Origin: Botryllus schlosseri | Lineage: Eukaryota | Assembly: GCA_051294905.1 (NCBI GenBank) | Contig: CM119372.1 | Location: forward strand, 434,001-498,000 | Direction: 5' to 3' | Length of the DNA: 64,000 nt | In this document: one piece after another, positions 23,451 through 34,213 of the stretch | Numbering within the stretch: the stretch's first letter is position 1 | Layout of the letters: each line of letters starts with the position of its first letter | The notes under the pieces: generated by a model | What the model was told of the DNA's origin: nothing | The model's input: only the letters and a program-made list of their open reading frames with translations | Databases searched by the model: none | Program-made: the position numbers and the translations under genes

Positions 23451-26400
23451 ATGATGAGATTTGTCTGCCTTGCTTCTCTCGCTGCAGTGATCCTTTCGGA
23501 AGCAGGTGAGTAGCTCGAGAATATAGCGTCATTCTCTTTCTCGAACTAATTTTAAGTTCGAAAATGACTCATACCGAGTTCTATAGATATCCCTGCTCGA
23601 TCTGTATAGGCTATCCTTTCTTTGCATCGCGTACGTTGTGTGCCTCGGTCGGGTGAATAAATATTGCTTATTCAATATGTACAAAGGGAAAATGTCGATG
23701 ATTTTAATCTCTAAAAATATTCTAATTTGTGAAATATTTCTATGCTCTTATTGTAATTCTATAGTGTATAACGTCCGCTTTTCCTGAAAATGCTAAAGAA
23801 CTGTGGCATGAGAAACGAGTCAAGCTTGCTGTACAGACATTTACCTTTCTCATGCTTATGAAAATGAACTCTTTCTGCTGTAAATTTAACTTCATTCAGT
23901 TTCCAAGTTATCACGCACTAATTATAATTGAATGTGAAAAACTGAGAAAAACCTAATTCTCGCTCTATAATCGAATTTGGAAAAACTGTGTAGCTCTCAT
24001 TCTAATTTTAATTTAGAAACGTTGAAAATTGTCTAGTTGTTCATGTCCGCGCACAGGCATTGCGGTGAAAGCTTGGCGCGAAAACGGAGGCTTCTCCGTA
24101 GCGCGCGACTAACTCTTATTACAGAAGGGTCGACTGCTTGACTTGATTTCGTGTGACTTGGGTTTCATGAATGTATCGATCCTCAGTTGCAGCGTACGAG
24201 CAGGTGTGCTACGGCGAGCTGGGCTGTTTCACAAACGCCCCACCCTGGGGTAACACCCCGTCCAGAGACATATCGGACCTCCCAGAATCGCCGGAAGATG
24301 TCGACACTAGATTTTATCTCGACACGAGAATGCAGGAAGGCCTCGAACTCCATTACGATGATGTCGGCAGCGAATTGGAGTTAGTATCATTATTATATAT
24401 GAGTGGGATAAATGCGAAACAAGTGACTAATACCAGGGGTGGTCAAATCAGTGTTGGGATCAATGTCACTACCTTCGAGTCACGAGTCATTTCGAGTCAT
24501 TGCACATTTTGACTCGAGTCAAGTCAAGTCAATCGATTTTCGAAAGTGACTCGAGTCAAGTCAAGTCACTCGATTTTTGGAGGTGACTCGAGTCAAGTCG
24601 AGTCAAGTCAAGTCAAGTCACGAGTCAAGTCACAATTCAAGTCAAGTTGACTTTTCGAAGTATGAGGCATGATTTTGTCATTTCAGTTTGCTGGCTGTCT
24701 GAAATACATATTGAGTGGTCATTGATTCTGAACCAATGAACGAATATAGAGTTAAATATACACGCATGAAGACGCTGTATCGCTCACATATACCTAGAAC
24801 TGCTAAACTATACGTAAGTAATTGCATTGCCTCAGTTTATAGTTACCAGCCAAAATAAAGAATAGAGAAACGAATTGATAAGATGCACTTTACAAACATT
24901 CGAGCCTGCGCCAATGGATGATGACTATATAATCTATATTCGAATTCAATTTCAGTAAACCAAGAGGTTTGGTTAAGGTGAGAACAGAAAACAGAAATAT
25001 ACATTTTACTATTAAATTACTTTAATATACTAGTTTACGACATCGTAAGCTATAAGTTTCGATCACTTCGTTTGCGGTCAATTTATTTGAGAAAGAACAA
25101 TGAAGGCACAGTGAAACGCAAGATCATTGAATGATTAGTCGCTTTCGCGGGTTACACGAGCGTTTCGCGAGCAATACGGCCATATGCAAGATACAATGAT
25201 TTTTATCGACACCGATTACTTGATGACTTGAAATTGACTCGTGAATTTTGCTCCGAGTCACGAGTCAATCCACATTTTTGATACGCCGAGTCAAGTCAAG
25301 TCATTTTAGCAAAGTGACTCGAGTCAAGTCAAGTCATACGGAAAAGGTGACTCGAGTCTGACTCGAGTCATCCCAACACTGGGTCAAAGTAGTCATTGTT
25401 GCTACTCACGTAGAAGTAGAAGAAGAAGTAACGCGGTCAATTTTTACTCAAGTAAAAGTATGTATTCTAGTCCTATATATAGTTTTGCCTAAAATAATGG
25501 AAAAGGTCAAGTAGAAGTAGTCTAAAATCATAACCTCTTAAGGAAGTTAAAATCGGGCCAAATTTGGCGTGCTGCATCCTTTTTTTGGCCAACCTTACAA
25601 TGTAGTCAGTAAAACCTCGGAATCCGGAAAAAAATATTGTTTGAACAACCCTGCCGTGTGGTTATTTGTGTCGCATCTATCCGTAGGTTTTAGTTATCTA
25701 TACCAAGATGGAAAAGATATTATATTTTTCGTAAATCTTAACTTTTGTTGTTATTATTACTTAATTCTAGGGCGAGTACGTTCGATCCCTCTGCTATTAC
25801 ACGTATCGTTGTGATGGGTTACGTGGACGGAGACGACGACAAATGGATGAAGGACATGTCGCAAGCTTTGCTGGCCGTAAGGAAGATTATTGAGCTTGGA
25901 ATCTACAGAATTGAATAATATGTTCATATTGAAGTCTTTAAAATAGTTTATTGAGCTAACATCGCCTCGATTATTCTAAATTTCATGTCTGGGAGGTTGT
26001 ATTTGGTCATCGCCTGATAACACTGTTGATATACGAAGTTATTTGCAATAGTTGCAGACGATTAGGGCTTACCCCTGACGAGTGCCAGCCGAAAATATTC
26101 GTTTTTTTCTCAATATCAGTATATGTATATTGAAGATCTGTACCACTAAGAGTTCTTCAGATTGACAGAACCTCTATACCTCGTGACAGAGCGAAAACCA
26201 AAACGTGATCAGAGTGAACTGGAAAGGCGCTCGGATGGACTTGAGGTACGAACAGAGCGCAGTAAACGCAGAAGTCGCTGGTGCCGCTCTGGGTATACTG
26301 GTATCGAATGTCATGGTGAGTTCCAGTTTCTGCCAGGGATATATCTAGTTCTAGATATCCCTAGTTTGTGCAAGTGATTGGTTGCACTGGTAAGCAGATT

Positions 26401-29400
26401 TGCAAATGTAAAATGGATTGGGAGGTTTCGTTTGCTATTATATACCAATAAATTCACTGGTCTAAACGATAGGTAGCCTATTCGCATAATTTAAATCAAG
26501 TAAGATTCGTACCGGGCCTATTGCAGATGCTATTGTGTAGGCCAGTGATTATATTGCGCGGACCAGGCCAATGCAGATGCTATTGTGTAGGCCAGTGATT
26601 ATATTGCGCGGACCAGGCCAATGCAGATGCGATTGTGAAGGCCAGCGTTGGCTGCAGATGCTATTCATCAAGCCAGCGGAACTAGGCTTGTTCGAGAAGT
26701 GATAAATCAGGCCAGCGACGATTGTCGACCGCGCCGCAATCAATTACCTAATTTCGCAATCATCTCAGTGAGAGATCGCGTCACGCGTTACATGGTGATG
26801 TGTGTGCAGTGCACAGACGAATCTTGATAATTGGCAACCCGTTTCTCGCTAATTAGCCGCGCGCAACACCGATACGACTTCTTGAATTGCAACTGAACTA
26901 TAGCGTCAGAAGGTTATTTCAAAAGACGGGATTTAGCATTTCAAAAGGACGGGGGTTTCGACCCCCGCAACCCCCTGGCTACGCGCCTATGGATGGTTGC
27001 GTATTATTTGATATATTTTGTAATCATGTTCTTGATAATATAATACGAAGATGAGAATGTATTAATAAGTTAGCAGGAGTAGAGAGCGTAATCAGATTTC
27101 ATTCGCAGAGTTCGAACGGCCTTCCGCCATCTGCATTCCATTGCATCGGTCACAGTCTCGGCGCCCATGTCTGTGCGTACCTCGCCAACCGGGTTCCGGA
27201 TCTCGGACGCATCTCCGGTAAGTGTCACGTCAAACAATTCGCGAAAACATGCAAATTGAACTCCATTCCGAAACAGAAATAAACAAAAATAAAGTTCGGC
27301 TCATATCAAAGCAGTGTTTATTCTCATTTCCTGTAGCATTTCCAGGAAAACCAGAAATTGGATTAGAATTAACGAGCATAGAAACATTTCACAAATTAGA
27401 TCAAAATAACATTTATCGGTTCTAAGTAGTCTAATTATGGACAGCCTATACCCATTCTTTTCTCATGCGCACTGTTTCCAGGCTTGGATCCCGCGGGCGC
27501 TTATTTCGAAGGCACCGAAGCGGTCGTTCGCCTCGACCGCTCAGACGCGGCATTCGTCGACGTGATTCACACAGACACTGAGGACAGGAAAGGGTACGGG
27601 ACCGCCCAGGAGTCGGGGCACGTGGACTTTTGGCCCAACGGGGGTACTTCTCAGCCGGGTTGCGAACAGGTTGGACGCTGAGAATACCGTATGCTGCTGA
27701 TTTGGAGAGGCGATCAATAGAAAAGTACTTCTATTTTTGGAGTACTTCAAGTAGATTTTGCCTACTCGCGCTACTTCGTCAAGTGTGTTGCTTTTATACT
27801 ACCTCTACTTCTACAGTTTTCAGTTTTCTGGGCGAAACTATTACTGCAATACCACAAGTCAGTGTTGTAATGATTCGAGTCATATGACTCGAGTCGTGAT
27901 TTTTTGGTGGTAGTGAATTGAAAATGACTCGACTTGACTCGAGTCAAAACTATAGAAGTAAGATTGACTTGTGACTCGGAACCTTGCGACTTGGTTACAA
28001 CCCTCGATATATTATGATATCTGATGGTCAGAACGTGTTTTTCAGAACATTGTCGTCGACCTCGTGGGCACCGTCGTTCCAGGTGACTTCGTCGAGTGCA
28101 ACCATATGATGGCAACGTACTTTTACACCGAGTCTATTCTCGACCCGTGTCCTTACAGATCTTATCCTTGCGACTCTTACGACGATTTCGTGGCCGGAAA
28201 ATGCGTGCAATGCGGAGATACGGTGAAGTCACCCTCTTACGGCCAGACTTGTACAAACTATATCGATATAATCTACTAATGGTTTTTTGAGTAGCTCTAG
28301 TTTCTAGTTCTAGTTCCAGATTTCCAATAATAGTTCCAGTAATAGTTCTAGTTCTATTTGCGGATTTTGAAAAGTGATAGTTCTAGTTTTAGTTTTGGTG
28401 GCGGATTTTGAAAATTGAGTATAGTAGTAGTTTTATAGTTACAGTTGCGGACTTCGAAAAGTGAGTAGTTCTAATTCTAGTTCTAATTGCGGAGTTTAAA
28501 TAGTTAGTAGTTGAATAGTATATTCATATTGAAATGAACCCGAATATTTTCGGCTGACACTCGTCAGGGGTAATTGTCAGCAAGTAGTAGAGAATTCCAA
28601 AGAACAGCGTATATCAACAATCGTAACACAAAATATGACGTCACCAGCACGAAATGTCGAATACGAGAGCGTTCAATGTACTATTTTTAGATGATACACG
28701 AACTCTTTTTGTTGACACAGCCTTGGCTGGTGTATTTTGATAGGCACACAAATGAAAGTGTGAGCGACCCTTTCCGAGTATGCGAAATCTGTCGTCTCGA
28801 TAATTTTTCGCACAAGCGGGATTATCCAACAAGTGTTTGCCAATTGCAGAATTTATGGCCTTTGATTGTTCCGCATCAATCTTGAGCGGGTGAGTTAAGG
28901 GTGAGCTTTTCACCGAGCGTGTTCTAATGAATCTAGGGACATGCTGATTTATGCGTTCCTGCAAGCAATCAGCATGTCCCTAGATTCATTAGAACACGCT
29001 CGGTGAAAAGCTCACCCTTAACTCACCCGCTCAAGATTGATGCGGAACAATCAAAGGCCATAAATTCTGCAATTGGCAAACACTTGTTGGATAATCCCGC
29101 TTGTGCGAAAAATTATCGAGACGACAGATTTCGCATACTGGGAAAGGGTCGCTCACACTTTCATTTGTGTGCCTATCAAAATACACCAGCCAAGGCTGTG
29201 TCAACAAAAAGAGTTCGTGTATCATCTAAAAATAGTACATTGAACGCTCTCGTATTCGACATTTCGTGCTGGTGACGTCATATTTTGTGTTACGATTGTT
29301 GATATACGCTGTTCTTTGGAATTCTCTACTACTTGCTGACGATTACCCCTGACGAGTGTCAGCCGAAAATATTCGGGTTCATTTCAATATGAATATACTA

Positions 29401-30846
29401 TTCAACTGTATATTGAAGTTCTGTACCTCAAAGAAGCTGTTCAAATAGTTAGTAGTTCTAGCTCTATAGTTCGACTTTGCGATGGGTCCTAGATGTAGTT
29501 GTCGGTCTTGAAAAGTGAGGTCTGGACCACTTACTTTTTTAGTCAATTGTAAATTGCTACTTATATTTCTACTTGAGTAGAAATTTATGGCGTTATGCTC
29601 CTGCTTCTACTTAAGTACCGACGATGAGTAGCCTACTTTAACCACCATATTTAGTTTGTACAAGTCCGTTACGTCGTCACGTACCCCCTACTAACGCAAA
29701 CATATCAATATCTAAACACAGGGCTGTCCACGTCAAGGGTACTTCGCAAACGAGACTGCATCTCTCACAACAAGTTCTGTCAACACTTATCTTCAAACTG
29801 CCGACAATTCTCCGTATTGCGGTCCGTTTCCCGCGGTCCGTGACTCGTGAACTGCCAGTGACCAGATGCCTTGTTGTTTCAGAATACATGACTTACGTTT
29901 CCGTGACGATTGGCAGCGATGTGAAAAGCATCGATGGAAGTTTGTACGCGACATTGGTCGGAACGAAAGGACAAACCGAGAAAGAACGACTCGGAGTCGA
30001 GTGAGTACGCTTATAAATAGCTAGATAAATATATGGATGGATAGAGTTATTAGGATTAGTATTGTGCTTAAAAGTCGCATGCTAAAGTAACGCATGCTCA
30101 ACGATCGTGTTTCATGTTGTCGCGTGCAAAATGTCGGGCAACCCTCGAGAACATCAAAATAATCTCGCAAAATGTTTTATCCCAACTTGAAAATCATGTT
30201 ACTGAACTAAAAGCCGGAAATAAAGAAAAAATATAATCGACCTCTAATCTATTTTACTGTCATATGAATAATTCCGTTTCAGGCACAGCCTGCAGGCTGG
30301 CACGGCTTACAAAGAGCTCACGTACTACGCCACCGATCCTGGTGATGTCACAAGCGTGATATTCGAATGGAAACAGGAGGAGATCGAACTGGGAAGACAG
30401 ACGATTTCGGTTTCAGAAATCGCGGTTTGGAAAGGAGACGTTCAGACCACGTTAGTCACCGTTGGCAGACTTCGGCCACTGTCTTTTTAGACTGATTGGG
30501 GCGGAATGCCTCCTGTCCTTATTCTGATCTGATTTGTGAAAGCACTCTACGCTCTCATTTTAATTCTGGTCAAAGTAGTCAATACTCAAGTAAAAGTAGA
30601 AGTGACGCTGTAAATTTATACTCAAGTAGAGTGGAAGTAGCGATTTTCAAGAAAACTGTCAAGTAGAAGTAGTTTATAATCGCAATCACTTGAGGAAGTA
30701 GTAGGCAAATACACTTAAAGTACTCCGAAAAGTAAAATTACTTCGATCGTTAATGACCACTTCTCTTTTCCAGGTTCGTGTTTTGCGGCGATCAAAATCT
30801 GGAAATGAAAGAGAAGCAGCCCTACGTTTTCGACACTGTCTGTTGA
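23451..30846 (+). CDS. Pancreatic lipase-family protein A (secreted; hydrolase + PLAT). 11 exons: 23451-23505, 24187-24379, 25771-25876, 26190-26315, 27109-27217, 27482-27669, 28046-28222, 29722-29821, 29883-30000, 30283-30450, 30774-30846; 470 aa
   Basis: Signal peptide [18 protein letters not shown], then VCYGELGCF. Catalytic triad motifs GHSLG, GLDPAG and CNH, plus FVDVIHTD and [14 protein letters not shown]. Exon phases are consistent; AATAAA at 30865. Confidence 0.9.
24449..25381. mobile_element. Inverted sister copy of the 5030-5993 hAT-type element, inserted into the TIR of another MITE
   Basis: Same TIRs and interior in reverse orientation; TSD ggtcaaat/ggtcaaag (7 of 8 match). Confidence 0.8.
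26015..26160 (+). mobile_element. Short Penelope-like pLTR fragment with hammerhead core (26071-26104)
   Basis: accc-CTGACGA-gtgccagcc-GAAAATATTC followed by a tail similar to 29408-29442; the 3' strand of stem I has decayed. Confidence 0.65.
26522..26646. repeat. 50-bp tandem repeat, about 2.5 copies
   Basis: tgcagatgc...aggccag recurs at 26522, 26572 and 26622. Confidence 0.85.
28538..28571 (-). ncRNA. Minimal type I hammerhead ribozyme (mirror copy in the left arm)
   Basis: Exact reverse complement of 29345-29378. Confidence 0.8.
29345..29378 (+). ncRNA. Minimal type I hammerhead ribozyme of a Penelope-like element
   Basis: ACCC / CUGACGA / G-7nt-C / GAA / AAUAUU (palindromic stem III) / C / GGGU; stem I is ACCC:GGGU and predicted cleavage is after C29374. 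Confidence 0.8.
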
Positions 30847-31449
30847 TGAAATTGTCGCGTAATCAATAAATAAGTTCGGGTCTGGAGATAGAGTCGCGTA
30901 GAGATGTGGAAAGCCGTCTACATGCAGAGAGACGGATGCAGTCGATGATGACCAGGTCATGCTTCAAGCTTAAGAATGAAGAGGGTAGGATCTTGAGCTG
31001 CCGATGGCATAAGGACATATCACAACATCGAGTTTCCGTACTGCAGTGGTTCCAGAGGTGATCAAAGAAGCCAAAACAGCTACTCAAGTAGAAGTACAGA
31101 CCGACGCAAAAATCTACTCAAAAATACGAGCAGTGGTCTATTTAAGACCAACCTTATTATCATTATTCCTTATTCACAGTAAAACTAGTAAATCCACACA
31201 TAATCCGGGAAGCAACTTTCCCCAAAGGGAAATGGCAAGATTGGAGTAAATTTTTAAAATTTAAGTGCACAGCCAAATATTTATTCCTATGCAATACTTG
31301 AAGAGGTCAGATTACATATTTGCGGTGAATGATGAATTGCCATGAGCAGAGCAGAGATAGAGATGATTGAAAATGAAGAATCGAAATTCCAGAGGTAATG
31401 CTGTGATTCGCGTGTACAAGTGTAATTTTAGTCCAGTGGTGTATAACGC

Positions 31450-31692
31450 GCAATCAACGCCTTCCGAATAATATGCACAGTGCCCAATAACGTGATCCGT
31501 TTGATCATATACTATCTTCTTTACCTTCATTCAGTGTGCATGCCTCCTCTTTACATCGCCTAGGCCAAGGTGGGTGTCAGATTCCATAGACTACTCCTTG
31601 TCGCTTCGACATCTTCCTGTCTTTTCATTGTATCGCATTTTTGTGGTGTATTGAACTGATAAAATTGCTAATAAACCAATGATGATGATGAC
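31450..31692 (+). repeat. 3' end of an abundant retroposon family (SINE or LINE tail), ending AATAAA + (TGA)n
   Basis: The core cctaggcc.aggtgggtgtc.gatt...gtcg.ttcgaca...tttcattgtatcgca recurs near 1430-1540, 22840-22950, 37470-37650, 39275-39360, 44405-44490, 46120-46255 and 51285-51375, with variable 5' truncation. Confidence 0.65.
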
Positions 31693-31719
31693 ACACTTCT
31701 CGGAGTCGCATGTCACATG

Positions 31720-33013
31720 CAGAGGTGGTCAAAGTAGTCAAGAAAGCTACTCAAGTAGAAGTAGAAGTAGCGACGAAAAAATCTACTCAAGTACGAGTAG
31801 AAGTACTTCTTCCATAAGCAATCTAAAACTACTTGAAGTAGAAGTAGAATTTACTGACTTCAAATCTACTCAAGTAAGTAAGTAGTTGCGAAAACGATCG
31901 TAATTCGTTGGCATGGATTGTCAAAAGGTGCAAATTGAGCTATGCGAAAGGTGCCGAGCTCGATTCATATTGATGCATACCAGGAGGTTTTCAATTTTCG
32001 ACAGCATAAGCATCCGTCCGCATCATGGAATGAATATGATAGTGTTGATATGGAAATGCGACACTAATCCTCCGTTTAATCGAACAATTCATTCTAGAAA
32101 ATATCATGGTATGGCGCCCTCCCCCATATTATAACGCCAGTGTTTACTCGAAGAGCAATACGGAGAAGTTGTATAGAATACGGTGTGAGCACTTCACGCG
32201 ATTAGTGAACGTGAATAAAAAAGAATATGTTGGATCGTAAAAATACCATATTGTGCAGCTTTATTTCCGGAAATTAAAGGCATTAATACACTTGCTTTTA
32301 TACTTCAACATGTATGTTATCGAGACAAAAGAACTGATATCAATTAGAGTTCAAAGTATATGATACTGGGAATTGAAAGGGAAGCACAAATACTACTTCT
32401 AAAAGCGGAATATGTATTTCACGTCTAAAGACAGAAAGTTTCGAAAGTGGTGTGCTAGAACAGCTCTAAAACTAAAAAAGTCAGAGTTCACTTTACCAGA
32501 TTAGGACGCGCCATGGACTGCTAGATTACGATATGATAAGTAAATGCTAGATTGCGAAACGTCAGTTTCAAACCCTATGATGAGCCATATATATTGTGGT
32601 GAAATATTCCATATGGGCAAAGGGCGACCATGCAGTGTGAACGGAACGACGCCAACCCGCAACCAAAATTATCTACACCGATATTTTCGTGAAATCATAC
32701 TGGTTACTCCGTATCCCCTGAGCGCGAAGCGCGACGGAAATCTGGGTTTTACCCAACTTTTATGAAAATTAAATGTTGATACTCCGTGAAAACAGCCCCG
32801 AAATTCCTCAGGCTATCTTCTTGATTGGAGGATTAAACTACTTCTACTTGACAAACTGAAAATAGCGAAAAGTAAGTAAGTAGATCACAAAATATTACGA
32901 AGTAGAAGTAGAAGTAGCAAAAAATCAGATCTACTTGAGTAAGTACCTGAAGTAGAGGAAAACTACTTGAGTACTTCAAAAAAGTAGAAGTACTTCGTTA
33001 CTGACCACCTCTT
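31720..33013. mobile_element. Non-autonomous hAT-type element with gtagaagtag subterminal repeats
   Basis: TIR cagaggtggtca...tgaccacctct with 8-bp TSD gtcacatg. Many shorter relatives occur, e.g. 3327-3843. Confidence 0.8.
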
Positions 33014-33485
33014 GTCACATGGCCTACTTTATACGTCTTGGTGCGTCGTGGCGCGGTAATGGCCAACGCCGATATCCCCATTTCTATAAATCTTGCGTAT
33101 TTTTCTTGGGGTAAGAGACAGAGTACCCAAAAATCAGGATAATTGGCACCTTGAAATCGCGCGTAGCGCGAAAAAATCATCAAAAAGTTGCATAAATTTT
33201 CAAAAAATACTATATAATTTATGCTAATTCACGAAATAATTTTGGGCCCCTTCGAGCTCGGGTCCCCCCCAATTAGGGGGTTTGGGGTGAGGCAGTTATG
33301 GGCCTGGCTACGACTATGGTACGGTAAGAGCGGAGAACTAGAATAAGGGCCTAGGACCTATATCCTCAGCCTGTTAAAACGTGACCTTGACTGAAAACGT
33401 GCCAAAAAGAATAATCGAGATGATAAATGAGATGAATTTACTGCCTGCATACTATCACTGACGGATTACTAAAAATAGTTAAACG

Positions 33486-33558
33486 TAGTTCCGCTGGGGC
33501 TTGAACCCAGAACCTTCTGCGTGTTAAGCAGACGTGATAACCACTACACTACGGAACT
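33486..33558 (-). tRNA. tRNA-Val (anticodon AAC)
   Basis: 73-nt cloverleaf: acceptor stem AGTTCCG/CGGAACT, anticodon arm TCTGC-TTAACAC-GCAGA, T arm CTGGG-TTCAAGC-CCCAG. A T5 Pol III terminator follows at 33475-33471. Confidence 0.93.
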
Positions 33559-34213
33559 GCGATAGAGGTCCTCTCGTATCGTGGTTAAATAACCTAGCTC
33601 TTCTATTTGTTCGACGATATTGAGCTAATCGACCGTTGAAATGTATATGTCCGCACAATTTATGCGATGATAGGAACAAATACGAGGTTGATTCGAGCAA
33701 ATAGAGGATAGCTTTAATCTACTATAATCTCTATACTTCAACCATGTTTTACAGAAGTGATGTAGCTTGTCGGTTCAATCGCAGTTCTTGCTACAAAGCA
33801 GTACAAAGCAAGCTGCATCTATATCACAATAACAAGACATCAAAATAAACGAACCGGACAGTGGACACGATCTACCATGTGTTGTGAGAAACAGTTCCAC
33901 TTCGATCTACCAAATGAAATACTGTTCTCTTGCTATTCGTTGACGTCAAGGCAGACCAATAATGGCGACGACCAAGGACGAATAATACACACCGGTACGT
34001 TTCCATTTACAACTTAATTCCAGGCACATAGTTCGATATCATCGAGTGGTAAAGAGAGTTAGAGAAACGCTGTGTTGTGGACCGTTTTGAATAGTTGTAA
34101 GGAAATAGTCATGATATGCACGAATACTTCACGTTCGGTTGATACGACGTCTTCCAGTTCTTCTAGACTGATTGCTCGAGGAGTTCACACATGATACTCC
34201 CACGAGTGCACAG

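Larger units (their letters stand above)
28509..29442. mobile_element. Penelope-like element remnant as an inverted repeat (arms 28509-28949 and 28967-29407) with a 35-nt tail
   Basis: The arms encode a GIY-YIG endonuclease C-terminus ([10 protein letters not shown]...[15 protein letters not shown]....[13 protein letters not shown]). Each arm has a hammerhead motif. Flanking direct repeat aaatagttagtagtt at 28498-28512 and 29443-29457. Confidence 0.88.

Noticed and set aside
28641..29275. Functional duplicated GIY-YIG genes
   Set aside because: Both are 5'-truncated, lack the GIY-YIG N-terminus and RT, and share a frameshifting deletion.
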